Positions 18,528-27,692 of a stretch of DNA of 64,000 nt are shown here, piece by piece. The position numbers and the translations under genes were made by a program. Within the stretch, counting starts at the first letter, position 1. Every line of letters begins with the position of its first letter. The stretch is from Candidatus Multivorans sp. (GTDB taxonomy: Bacteria; Acidobacteriota; Thermoanaerobaculia; Multivoradales; Multivoraceae): the NCBI GenBank assembly GCA_965247095.1, contig OZ251997.1, positions 672,001 to 736,000 on the forward strand. The letters run 5' to 3'. A model generated the notes under the pieces. The model saw nothing but the letters and a program-made list of their open reading frames with translations. It was not told the DNA's origin and ran no database searches.

Positions 18528-21500
18528 ATGGGAGAGTCGAAGACCCGGCGCCGTCTGGGGTGGCTCGTTCTCTGGTTGGTGGTCGGGGCGGCTGCAGCCC
18601 CGGCGTTGGCACAGGACGAAGCGGCGCCGGACGCCCCGTTCCAGTTCGCATGCCTCAAGGAGAGTGAACCAGCCGTCTCCGTCATTGGTAACGCAGCGCC
18701 GCCCGAGGAAACGTGGGAGCGGCGGGGCGATGTGCGGGGAGTTCGTGCGCCGGCCCATTGCTGGGCCTGGAGCGACGCCTGTCCACCGCTCCTGCTTGCC
18801 CCCGGGGAAGACGCGGCCGCTGCCTGCCGCTCGGCCGGCGCTTCGTCGACGGAGTTGACCATCCGTATCGGCGCCCGCGAGGGTTCCGGCGGGGATCCTG
18901 GAGACGGGGGGGCGGCTCCGAGGGAGTTTCACATGACGGCCGCGCCGGCGGCCATGTGGCGGCAGGTCCCCAGGCGCCTGCTGCCGACGACGATCACGAC
19001 CTCCCGTTTGCTGGCGCTGCCCCGCGCCAGCGGAGCGTGGCGGACCCAGGCGCGGTCAGATGGTCTCGCCTCGACCTGGCTGGACGCGACGGCCGAGGAA
19101 GACTTGGTGGAACTCGAATTGTGGCCAGCCGTGGATCTCACTGTGCAGGCGATCGCCGACGGCGCACCCCTTGCCGGCGCGCGAGTATCCCTGGTGCGGG
19201 CGGGCTCGGGGATGGCGGCCGGACATGGGGGCGAGCTTCTGGGCTTTGGGACCGCGGACGCCGATGGCAGGGTACGTCTGACCGTGTCCGAGCGGGAGCG
19301 CGCCGCGGTCGTCGTCTCGAACGTCAGCAGGACCGCGGCGGCGTTCGAGCGGTTCGCCGACGTGCCGCCGGTAGTAGAGCTCGGCCCAGGCCTCGCAGTG
19401 CGCGGCCGGACCGTCGATGTGGTTGGACAGCCGCTAGCCGGAGTCCGGCTACTGGGCCTGTCTTGGGTGCCGGGCGAGCTTCCAGTGAAGCAGCGCCACC
19501 AGGGGGCGTCCGGCGCCGACGGTCGGTTCGTGCTGACCGGCTTCACGAAGGGCGCCGCGTCTCTCCGAACCGACGTCGGCGAACTGGAGTACTCCGGGGC
19601 GTTCGATCTGGAGGATTCCCTGGACCTTGGGTCGATCGTCCTGGCGGCGTCCGAGAACTACTGGATCCAGGTCGTCGATGCGAGCACCGGAACGCCGGTA
19701 TCCGGCGCGGGCGTGCAGTTCAAGGGCGGGGAGCGAACCACGACCGATCGGGAGGGAATCGCGGTGGTGTCGCCCCGTTTCGGACGCACCCTCCTGATCG
19801 CCGCCAAGGGGTATCTGATGGCGCAATTCGAGATCGCCGACGGCGTCGGCAGGGCGGCCGAAGAACCCCTGCTGCCTGGGTTGCCGGCCTTCAGAGTCGA
19901 GATCGCCGACGGCGTCGGTACAACAGCCGAAGAACCCCTGCTGCTTAGGCTGGCGCCGACCTTCACGGTCGAGGGCGTGTACGTGGCAGCGGACGGTCAG
20001 ACCCCCGCAGCCGCGGGGGTGGTTGCGGCCCGCAACATGGGGGACGGTGGAGAGACCAGGGCCGGAAGGATCGCCGCGGACGGTTCGTTCTCCATCGATC
20101 TCGATTCGGGGGCCTACACCCTGGAACTAGTGGCCACCAATGCCGGGCGGACGGTGCTCAGTGTGCAGGGATCGGCGGGCGAGACCCGCGACCTGGGGGT
20201 CATCGTGGCGCCGACGTCGGCCTGGGTCTCTGGGACCGTGGTCAGTCCGGAGTACGCGCCGGTGTCCGAGGCGTCGGTGTCCTACACGCGACCCTCCGAG
20301 TTCGGGTCGTCGTCGCGGAAGATGGGCCAGGTCGCTACGGTCACCACGGATGTCGATGGCGCCTTCGAACTCCACGGCCTGGAGCTGGGAACATCGACGC
20401 TCCGGGTGGAAGCCGAAGGGTTCGCGCCGCTTGAGTTCGAAGTCGAAGCGAACGCGGTCGAGTGGGTCGACGCAGGGTTTGTCGAGCTGTCGCGCGGCCG
20501 CCGGATCACCGTGCGATCCGATGTCGAGAGCGGGTTGGTGAAGCTGGACCCCGGCGGCAGAAGCCGGCCGCGGGACCTGATCACCGGCGATCTGGAGGAG
20601 GGCGTTGCGGTGCTCGAGGCCGTGCCCGAGGGCGCCTTCGTCGTGCATGTGTCCGAGGATGGCGTGGCCGTCTGCAAGAAGGATGTACAGGAGGCGACCG
20701 GTGACGACGTAGTCACCTGCGATCGCAGCACGGTGACAGTCACTGGCCGCGTCACTCTGGCTGGTCAGCCTGGGGGCGGACATCTGTCCTGGGATGCGAA
20801 GGTGAACAGCCGTTACGGGCGGAGCGTCACCACGTCCTACTCCGGTTCCCTAAGGAGAACGGTGGTTGTGCTGCCCGCCGGGGCGCAGCAGTTGCAGGCC
20901 CCTCTCGACAGCGAGGGCAACTACCGCCTGGAGGAAGTGCTGCCCGGCGAGTGGAAGGTCAACTGGTCGCTGCCCGAGGGCGGACACCAGGAGTCCCGCG
21001 AAGTGACCGTCCCGGACGGTCCGGGCGAGTTCACGCTGAACTTCGACTACGGTGGCGTGTCGATCGAAGGCGTAGTCACCGATCCCGAAGGTCAGGCGGT
21101 TCACCTCGCGGCCGTCGACATCTTTCCCCAGCGCTCGGCAGTCGTCTCGGATCCGAACGGGCGATTCCAGGTCCTCGGGCTGGCGCCGGGCGCCTACCAG
21201 TTGCGGGCGCGGCTCCGGCACCAGCGGTCCGACCTCGTCGACGTCGAGCTGCGGGACTACAGCGACCGTCAGACGGTGCAGCTCCAGCTCAGTGACGATC
21301 CGCCGAACGACGAACTGACGATCCACATCGGCGGTGGCGGCAGCGGGTTCTGCTTCATCGAGATGGAGTCGTCCGGGCGGCGCGTGGCACGGATCGATGG
21401 CGGCGTAGCGAGGACGAAACTCACCCCGCCCCATACCGACCGCGTCCGCATCGCCTGCCAGGCCGACGGACGCTGGATCCTCACCGGTTGGCCGGACCTC

Positions 21501-21779
21501 GAACGGGCACTCGACCGCGGCGTCGAGTTCGATCCCTTCGAGTCCGACTCCTCGATCCTCCTGACCGGCGAGCCGTCCACCGCCGCGGTGCAGGTCACCG
21601 GCCCTGGAGGCTGGGACCTTGGAAAGCTGCGGCTTTGGTTCGGCGGCGCCTCGGCCTTCGCCGTGGGCGAGACGATCTCCAACCTTCCCGTCGGCGAGTA
21701 CACCCTGCGCTGGGGGAGTCAGATGCGGACCGTGTGGACGGAACGGCGGCGCGCGGCTGAGGTCGAGATCGAGGATTGA
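18528..21779 (+). CDS. Large exported carboxypeptidase-regulatory-like repeat protein, paralog 2
   Basis: Colinear with 15242-18478 over its full length. C-termini nearly identical (RTVWTERRRAAEVxIED). Confidence 0.85.
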   Translation: MGESKTRRRLGWLVLWLVVGAAAAPALAQDEAAPDAPFQFACLKESEPAVSVIGNAAPPEETWERRGDVRGVRAPAHCWAWSDACPPLLLAPGEDAAAACRSAGASSTELTIRIGAREGSGGDPGDGGAAPREFHMTAAPAAMWRQVPRRLLPTTITTSRLLALPRASGAWRTQARSDGLASTWLDATAEEDLVELELWPAVDLTVQAIADGAPLAGARVSLVRAGSGMAAGHGGELLGFGTADADGRVRLTVSERERAAVVVSNVSRTAAAFERFADVPPVVELGPGLAVRGRTVDVVGQPLAGVRLLGLSWVPGELPVKQRHQGASGADGRFVLTGFTKGAASLRTDVGELEYSGAFDLEDSLDLGSIVLAASENYWIQVVDASTGTPVSGAGVQFKGGERTTTDREGIAVVSPRFGRTLLIAAKGYLMAQFEIADGVGRAAEEPLLPGLPAFRVEIADGVGTTAEEPLLLRLAPTFTVEGVYVAADGQTPAAAGVVAARNMGDGGETRAGRIAADGSFSIDLDSGAYTLELVATNAGRTVLSVQGSAGETRDLGVIVAPTSAWVSGTVVSPEYAPVSEASVSYTRPSEFGSSSRKMGQVATVTTDVDGAFELHGLELGTSTLRVEAEGFAPLEFEVEANAVEWVDAGFVELSRGRRITVRSDVESGLVKLDPGGRSRPRDLITGDLEEGVAVLEAVPEGAFVVHVSEDGVAVCKKDVQEATGDDVVTCDRSTVTVTGRVTLAGQPGGGHLSWDAKVNSRYGRSVTTSYSGSLRRTVVVLPAGAQQLQAPLDSEGNYRLEEVLPGEWKVNWSLPEGGHQESREVTVPDGPGEFTLNFDYGGVSIEGVVTDPEGQAVHLAAVDIFPQRSAVVSDPNGRFQVLGLAPGAYQLRARLRHQRSDLVDVELRDYSDRQTVQLQLSDDPPNDELTIHIGGGGSGFCFIEMESSGRRVARIDGGVARTKLTPPHTDRVRIACQADGRWILTGWPDLERALDRGVEFDPFESDSSILLTGEPSTAAVQVTGPGGWDLGKLRLWFGGASAFAVGETISNLPVGEYTLRWGSQMRTVWTERRRAAEVEIED
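19828..19944 (+). repeat. Intragenic 48-nt direct repeat, period 69 nt
   Basis: tcgagatcgccgacggcgtcgg...gccgaagaacccctgctgc at 19828-19875 and 19897-19944, encoding EIADGVGxxAEEPLL twice. Confidence 0.8.
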
Positions 21780-21800
21780 GCCAGCGTGGCGGCGAGCGCG

Positions 21801-22202
21801 TTACGAGAACTGCGGAACCCTGAACCGGCATGCCGGCCCCGTGGCGCGGCTCAGCTTCAGGTCCAGCGTCGCAAGCGGACACTCGTACGCTTCCGCTACG
21901 GCGACATACCAGGCGTCGTAGCTGGTCAGGTTGCCGCGCAGTTCCCATACCCGGTCGGCGAACGGAGCGAACGGCAACAACTCGAGGTCCATCCGCAGGA
22001 GATCGCGGAATGCGCTGGTCGCCTCCAGTCGCGAGATCGCGCCGGAGCCTTCGAGACGACGTAGCGCGTTCGCCGTTTCGGCGAGGATCAACTCGGGGGC
22101 CACCAGGGCGCCGCCGGCGGCCACCCCGTCAGCCCAGTCGCCTTCGCTGCCTGAATCCACAAGTGCGGCGACCAAGGCGGACGCGTCGATGGCGACCGTC
22201 AC
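21801..22202 (-). CDS. vapC: PIN-domain toxin VapC
   Basis: VAIDASAL, APELILAE, NLTSYDAWYVAVAE and PLATLD. Confidence 0.92.
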   Translation of the reverse strand: MTVAIDASALVAALVDSGSEGDWADGVAAGGALVAPELILAETANALRRLEGSGAISRLEATSAFRDLLRMDLELLPFAPFADRVWELRGNLTSYDAWYVAVAEAYECPLATLDLKLSRATGPACRFRVPQFS

Positions 22203-22435
22203 TTCCGGTCCGCGTCGCGTGCGCGGAGGATCGCGGCGGCGCCTAGCCGGGTCCCAGCCGCGTCCTTGCGGTCCCGGACGGTCTTGAGCCAGACGTCGAG
22301 CGAGGGCCGAGACGCGATCCTCTCCAGCTCGCAGCGGAGGAACTCCTGCATCGACTTGCGCTGAAGCGCGGCGCGGGCGGCAAGTTCGTCCCTGACCTGC
22401 TCGGGTACGTCACGGATCGTGAGTTGAACCGACAT
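22199..22435 (-). CDS. vapB: FitA-like ribbon-helix-helix antitoxin
   Basis: QLTIRDVPEQVRDELAARAA...SMQEFLR. GTGA overlap with vapC. Confidence 0.88.
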   Translation of the reverse strand: MSVQLTIRDVPEQVRDELAARAALQRKSMQEFLRCELERIASRPSLDVWLKTVRDRKDAAGTRLGAAAILRARDADRK

Positions 22436-22470
22436 GAAGCAAGAATGACATCAGAGACAGCATTCTGCAA
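22436..22470 (-). promoter_or_regulatory. Putative sigma70 promoter (leaderless) with overlapping inverted-repeat operator for the TA operon
   Basis: Minus strand reads TTGCAG-N17-CATTCT-N6-ATG with TG extension and no SD. Inverted repeat AGAATG-N13-CATTCT at 22442-22466. Confidence 0.55.
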
Positions 22471-22494
22471 GCACGTCGGGGCTGCTCGGAAGAG

Positions 22495-22511
22495 GTGGGC
22501 GAGACGCCCGC
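22495..22511. repeat. Short REP-like palindrome GTGGGCG-AGA-CGCCCGC
   Basis: Intergenic hairpin resembling the GCGGGCGAGACGCCCGC extragenic palindrome type. Only one copy seen here. Confidence 0.35.
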
Positions 22512-22538
22512 GCCCCCGTCGGTCGAGTGCCGGCCCGG

Positions 22539-23357
22539 CTACTTGCCGCCCGTGACCGGCCACTTGGCCGGGTCGTGGTGGCGGAGGTAGTCCTTGCGAT
22601 CGATCCAGCCGAGGATCATCGACCAAGTCATCCAGCGCTTCTCGGGCAGGATGGCGAAGTAGACGTGGGCGACGGTCAGGGTGACCAGGACGACGCCGCC
22701 GACGCCGTGCAGGACGTAGACCCAGCCCCAGCCGGCGTCGTCGAAGAACTTGTAGTCGTTCTGCGCCCACAGCGGCTGTTCGATCCGCCACATCATCAGG
22801 ATGCCGGTGACGATCGCCGCCAGGCCGGACAGGGTGGCGGCGTGGTGGAACATCTTCTGCGCCGCCGGGTACTTGCCGGGCTTGGCGGGCGCCTCGCCGC
22901 CGCTGACGGCGTTCCGCATCTCCCGGATCATGTCGCCGAGGTCCTTGATGCCGACCCAGACGTTGCGCAGGCTCTGGAAGAAGGTGGCGTGGATGATGTG
23001 GAAGACGATCGAGGCGGTCAGGATCAGGCCGGTGATCCAGTGGATCTCGAGCCACGCGAACTCCAGGCCGACCTTGGGCAGGAAGCCGGTGATCAAGAGC
23101 AGGATCATCGAGATCCCCATCACGGCGTGGAACAACCGGGCCGCGAGGCTGTGACGCTTGATCTTCTGCGGCAGGCCGGGATCGTCAGCGGCGCTTGCGG
23201 CCGCTTTCTTCTCGGCGCCGATCCACCGGCGCCGCAGCGCCAGGTGCAGGATGAGGAACACGCCGCCGGCGACGAGCGCGATCCAGAACAGACTCCAGTC
23301 GATCCCGATGAGAACATCTTGTCCCCAAGGGTTGATGGCGCTTTCTGTGAACGGCAT
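22539..23357 (-). CDS. Di-haem cytochrome b (FdnI / Ni-hydrogenase cytochrome b family) membrane subunit
   Basis: About five TM helices with His ligands (RLFHAVM, IHWITG, KMFHH, LHGVGG, AHVYF) and GKYPAAQK. Confidence 0.85.
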   Translation of the reverse strand: MPFTESAINPWGQDVLIGIDWSLFWIALVAGGVFLILHLALRRRWIGAEKKAAASAADDPGLPQKIKRHSLAARLFHAVMGISMILLLITGFLPKVGLEFAWLEIHWITGLILTASIVFHIIHATFFQSLRNVWVGIKDLGDMIREMRNAVSGGEAPAKPGKYPAAQKMFHHAATLSGLAAIVTGILMMWRIEQPLWAQNDYKFFDDAGWGWVYVLHGVGGVVLVTLTVAHVYFAILPEKRWMTWSMILGWIDRKDYLRHHDPAKWPVTGGK

Positions 23358-23364
23358 GCGGTGT

Positions 23365-24369
23365 CTAGACCGGCGCCTGTCCGCGGATGGCGCGGCGGAT
23401 CAGGTTTCTCATCAGCGGCACCTTGTAGCCGTTGTGGCGTAGCGGCTCGGCGCCGATGACGCCCAGCTCGGCGACCTGGGTGGCAGTGTCCTCGCTGATC
23501 GTCTGGCCGCGCAACCGATCCTCGCACCGGTCCATGCGGAGCGGCACCGGCGACACGGCACCGACCGAGAGCCGGCAGTCCTGGACCACGCCGTCTTCGA
23601 TCCGCATCGCCGAGGCGACGTTGACCAGCGGGAAGTCCCAGGCGTTCCGGTCGCGGACTTTCTCGAAGTAGAAGTCGGCGCCGGCCCAGGTGTCGGGGAT
23701 CCGGATCGACTGGAGGATCTCGTTCGGCTGCAGAACGGTCATCCTCGTGATGTCGATCGCCGGGCCGACGAAGAAGTCCTCGGCCGCCACGGTCCGCTCG
23801 CCGCGACGGCCGCGGATGACCATCTCCGCGTCGAGGGCGATCAGCGCCGGCGCGGTGTCCGAAGGGGTGACCGCGACGCAGCGCGACGCGTCGAAGATGC
23901 AGTGCTCGCGGTTCATCGACTCCGGCGTGTCGGCGTAGCAGATGTTGCCGCCCGCCCGGTAGCACGGCCAGCCGGCGCGGTAGTACCAGCAGCGCGTGTC
24001 CTGGACCAGGTTGCCGCCCAGCGTGCCCTGGTTGCGGATCTGCGGCGTGGCGACCGTCTCGGCCGCCTCGGCCAGGAGGCCGTAGCGCTCGCGGATCAAC
24101 TCGTTCTGGACGACCTCGGTCAGCGGGGTCATGGCGCCGATCTCGACTCCGTCGCCGGTCTCACGGATCCCGGACAACTCCGGGATGCCGCCGAGGTCGA
24201 CGACCGCGTCGGGCCGCTTCACGCGGTCCTTGAGCCAGTCGAAGGTGTCCATCCCGCCGGCGAGCACCCAGGCCTTTTCGCGGTGACGGTCGAGGACTTC
24301 GAGCGCACCGGCCATGTTCTCGGGCTGGTAGAGCTCGAAGTCGGGGATCATGTCGTGGATGACGGCCAT
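23365..24369 (-). CDS. Xanthine dehydrogenase family FAD subunit with Cys-rich insertion (PaoB/YagS-like)
   Basis: LAGGMD, QIRNQGTLGGNL, RCWYYR..CYRAGGNIC..HC..C, PSDTAPAL and NGYKV. Confidence 0.9.
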   Translation of the reverse strand: MAVIHDMIPDFELYQPENMAGALEVLDRHREKAWVLAGGMDTFDWLKDRVKRPDAVVDLGGIPELSGIRETGDGVEIGAMTPLTEVVQNELIRERYGLLAEAAETVATPQIRNQGTLGGNLVQDTRCWYYRAGWPCYRAGGNICYADTPESMNREHCIFDASRCVAVTPSDTAPALIALDAEMVIRGRRGERTVAAEDFFVGPAIDITRMTVLQPNEILQSIRIPDTWAGADFYFEKVRDRNAWDFPLVNVASAMRIEDGVVQDCRLSVGAVSPVPLRMDRCEDRLRGQTISEDTATQVAELGVIGAEPLRHNGYKVPLMRNLIRRAIRGQAPV

Positions 24370-24430
24370 GCTGTGTATTCCTCCTTCGCTGAGCAGATCG
24401 TGCTGATCCGATCTCTTGCGATCCGACCGA

Positions 24431-26884
24431 TCAGGTGTGCGCGGCCAGGAACTCGGCGTCCTGCTCGCGGCCTTCGAGCTGGTTGATGATGTGGTCGGTC
24501 ATGAGCGGCAGGTAGGCGACCGTGTCCTGCCCCAGTGCGTCCTGGATGGCGCACAGGAGAGAAGCGCAGCCGGCGCCCATGGGCGGCTCGCCGATGCCCT
24601 TCGCTCCGACCGGGTTGTTCGGGTCCGGCGTGCCCACCGCGTCCCAATCCATCGCGAGCGGCACATCGAGGATGGTCGCCGGCCGGGCGGTGTAGAAGCG
24701 GTTCGCGAAGGGGATGCCCCACTGCGGGTCGTAGACCCACTTCTGGCCGACCGCGCAGCCGAAGCCCTGGACGGCGCCGCCGTGGAGCTGGCCGCCGAGG
24801 CTGCGGGGGTTCATGACCGTGCCGCAGTCGGTGACCGCCTTGTAGTCCTTCAACTCGATGACGCCGGTCTCCTTGTCGAGCTCGATCTCGGCGTAGGCGA
24901 CCACCCAGGAGTAGACGTCGCCGGCGCGGCCGTAGTTGTCCTTGGCCGCCGCGAGCAGTCCGCGGCCCTTGAGGATCGCTATGCCGCCGATCGTGATCGG
25001 GCTCAAGCCCTCGTTCAACTCCGTGCCGTCGTACCGGCCTCCCATCTCGAGCGCCTTCCTGGCGGCCTGGGCCAGGCTCATGCCCGCGGCCCGGTTGCCG
25101 CGCTGATACACGCGTTCGCCGGCGACGACGTACCGCGAGGCCGAGCCGCCGTGCGTCTTGGCGGCGATCTCCTGCAGCTTCGTCTTCATGTCGGTGGCTG
25201 CCGCGTGGGTCGCGCGCGTGATCGCGTGGGTGGTCTGGCTACCCGCCTGCACGCAGGTGTGGGGTATGCCCTCGCCGGTCTGGCCCCAGACCATGTCCAC
25301 CTTCTCCCACGGCACGTCGAGCAGGTCGGCGGCGACGCGCGCGGTGTCGGAGAAGGAGTGGGTGCCGAGGTTGCCGATCCCGGTGTGGATCTCAAGCCGG
25401 CCTTCCGGGGTGATCAGCATCAGCCCGTCGAAGCCGCTCGAACCGGCGGTGTAGCTCGAACTGGCGATGCCGACCCCGGTGACCTTGGAACCGTTGACCT
25501 GACCGCTGCGCGCCTTGGCGTCCTCCCAGTCGATCATCTCGGTCAACTTGTCCCAGGCTTCCGCCACGTAGGCGGTGGTCACGTTGCGGCTTTCCTGGGC
25601 GCCGAACCTGGCGCCGTTCCTGGCGATGTTGATCCGGCGGATCTCCATCCGGTCGATGCCGAGATGGTCGGCGGCGCGGTCGAGCAGCGGCTCGACCATG
25701 GCGGACATCTGGACTCCGCCCGGCGCCCGCTGCGGCGCGCGCGGCGGCGTGTTGGTGGCGATCGAGAGACCGCGGTGACGCATGTTCTCGGGCTGGTAGG
25801 TGAGTGACACCATGTTGCCCGAGGTGCGCAGGTCGCTCTGGCGGCCATAGGGGCCGTTGTCCTGAATCACGGCCCAGTCGAAGGCGGAGATGCGGCCGTT
25901 CTTCTTGAAGCCGATCTTGGCCCAACCCTGAAAACCGGGGCGGGCGCGGCCGATGTAGTTCTCCTCGTAGCGGGTGACCCGGTGCAGCACCGGCTTGCCG
26001 GTCATCTTGGACAGGTAGACCGGTACCGCCATGTTGCTCGAACCGACGATCTTGCTGCCGAAGCCGCCGCCGGTGTACTCGGCGTGGACGATCAGGTTCT
26101 CCGGCGGCACGCCGATGGTCCCCTGGGCCGCGAGCACCGTGAAGGCAACGCTCTGGGTCGAGGGGTAGAGGTGGCAGATGTCGCCTTCCCAGTGCGCCAT
26201 GCAGCTCCGCGGCTCCATGGGGTGGTGGCTGACCGACTGGAAGAACAGCGGCTCTTCGATGATGTAGTCGGCCTCGGCGAAGCCCTTCTCCAGGTCGCCG
26301 TTCGTCCACTCGTCCTGGAACACGCCGGCGGGCATCCTGCCCTTCTCGCCGTTCGTGCCCCGCGCGGCGGCGAGGTCCTCGGCCGTCCACTCGACGCGCT
26401 CGACCACCGTCTCCATGCCGGTGTCGGTCCGCTGGCGGATGATGCTGTTGCCGTCGGTCAGGGAGTTCGCCCCGCCCGGCGCGATCGAGTCCAGCGGGTC
26501 GAGCGCGAACGGCAGCGGCTCGAAGTCGACGTTGATCTTCTCGATCGCGTCGGCGGCGATCTTCTCGCTCACCGCGGCGACGGCAAGCACCGGCTCGCCC
26601 TCGTACTTGGGGTGGTTGGTCAATGCCCGCTCGTCCAGCGGCCCCGGTTCGCCCATGAACTCGGCGAGGTCGTCGGCGGTGAGGACCGCTTCGACGCCTT
26701 CCATCTCGAGCGCCGCCGAGGCGTCGATGTTCCGCACCCGGGCGTGGGGCATCGGCGAGAGCAACTGCTTGGCGAACAGCATGCCCTCGGCACGCCAGTC
26801 CTCGGCGTACTTGGCGCGTCCCGTGATTTTCTCGATCAGATCGGGTGGAGCGTAGTCGGTGCCTACGAGTGTCGTCTTGGCCAT
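24431..26884 (-). CDS. Xanthine dehydrogenase family molybdopterin subunit (aldehyde oxidoreductase-like)
   Basis: GAGGA RBS before ATG 26884. Motifs KITGRAKY, HHPMEP, GGGFGSK, PQRAPG and GAKGIGEP. Confidence 0.92.
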   Translation of the reverse strand: MAKTTLVGTDYAPPDLIEKITGRAKYAEDWRAEGMLFAKQLLSPMPHARVRNIDASAALEMEGVEAVLTADDLAEFMGEPGPLDERALTNHPKYEGEPVLAVAAVSEKIAADAIEKINVDFEPLPFALDPLDSIAPGGANSLTDGNSIIRQRTDTGMETVVERVEWTAEDLAAARGTNGEKGRMPAGVFQDEWTNGDLEKGFAEADYIIEEPLFFQSVSHHPMEPRSCMAHWEGDICHLYPSTQSVAFTVLAAQGTIGVPPENLIVHAEYTGGGFGSKIVGSSNMAVPVYLSKMTGKPVLHRVTRYEENYIGRARPGFQGWAKIGFKKNGRISAFDWAVIQDNGPYGRQSDLRTSGNMVSLTYQPENMRHRGLSIATNTPPRAPQRAPGGVQMSAMVEPLLDRAADHLGIDRMEIRRINIARNGARFGAQESRNVTTAYVAEAWDKLTEMIDWEDAKARSGQVNGSKVTGVGIASSSYTAGSSGFDGLMLITPEGRLEIHTGIGNLGTHSFSDTARVAADLLDVPWEKVDMVWGQTGEGIPHTCVQAGSQTTHAITRATHAAATDMKTKLQEIAAKTHGGSASRYVVAGERVYQRGNRAAGMSLAQAARKALEMGGRYDGTELNEGLSPITIGGIAILKGRGLLAAAKDNYGRAGDVYSWVVAYAEIELDKETGVIELKDYKAVTDCGTVMNPRSLGGQLHGGAVQGFGCAVGQKWVYDPQWGIPFANRFYTARPATILDVPLAMDWDAVGTPDPNNPVGAKGIGEPPMGAGCASLLCAIQDALGQDTVAYLPLMTDHIINQLEGREQDAEFLAAHT

Positions 26885-26898
26885 CTTTGCTCCTCGGC

Positions 26899-27588
26899 TC
26901 AGGCCGTGCGCGCGTTCTCGAGCGCGCGTTCGGCTGTGTTCAGGATCTTGTTGTAGTCGCCGCAGCGGCAGAGGTGGCCGGCGAGCCACTTCCGGGCGTC
27001 TGCGCGGGTGGCGTTCGGGTTCGCCTTGACCAGGCCGGCCATGCTCATGATGAAGCCGGGGGCGCAGAAGGCGCACTGGAAGCCCATCTCATCGAGCACC
27101 GCCTGCTGCACCGGGTGCAGGTGACCGTCCTGCTCCAGGCCCTCGACGGTCGTGACCTCGCGGCCGCGCACCTGGTGGACCAGGATCGAGCAGCCGTAGT
27201 GGGGCACGTCGTCGATCAGCACGGTGCAGGCGCCGCATTCGGCGCGGTCGCAGCCGAACTTGGTGCCGGTCAGGTTCAGCTTGAAGCGCAGCACCATGGC
27301 CAGGGTGTCCTGGGGCTCCACTTCGAGCTCGTGGGTCTCGCCGTTTACCCTCAGGCTGGTCGTGCTGCCGACCGGCTCGGTGGCTGCGTGCAGTACATCC
27401 GGCTGCAGCAGGTTCCCTCCCGCCAGGGAGACGGCGGCGCCGGTGGCGACCGAACCCTGGATGAAGGTCCGTCGGCTGACGTTCGAGAGGCTCTCGCCCG
27501 AGCCGTCGGCCTCGGAGTCCAAGTCCTCTTCCCGCAGATCCTCGAGCAGGTCGTCCTGCAGGAACGTGTCTTCTCTCAGCTCGTCCAT
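26899..27588 (-). CDS. Tat-signal-bearing [2Fe-2S] subunit (PaoA/YagT-like)
   Basis: Twin-arginine SRRTFIQG followed by a hydrophobic stretch and LHA. Motifs GCDRAECGACT, QCAFCAPG and HLCRCG. Confidence 0.9.
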   Translation of the reverse strand: MDELREDTFLQDDLLEDLREEDLDSEADGSGESLSNVSRRTFIQGSVATGAAVSLAGGNLLQPDVLHAATEPVGSTTSLRVNGETHELEVEPQDTLAMVLRFKLNLTGTKFGCDRAECGACTVLIDDVPHYGCSILVHQVRGREVTTVEGLEQDGHLHPVQQAVLDEMGFQCAFCAPGFIMSMAGLVKANPNATRADARKWLAGHLCRCGDYNKILNTAERALENARTA

Positions 27589-27692
27589 GATCTCCAACCT
27601 CCGTTGGGGGAGTGGTGCTGGGGGTGCTGCCTCCAGGCGGTTCTTCAGCTTGTGCGGACGAGCATACAACATGAACCGTGGGTGTTCGCGGG

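Noticed and set aside
15536-18862. 1108-aa minus-strand ORF, and similar long antisense ORFs at 56977-59547, 29461-31278, 27678-29408 and 4998-6371
   Set aside because: These are shadow frames opposite well-supported genes. They are expected in high-GC DNA and show no recognisable motifs.
15242-21779. Diversity-generating retroelement explanation for the paralog pairs (also 39715-41724)
   Set aside because: There is no reverse transcriptase in the window, differences are not adenine-specific, and both copies are full coding genes.
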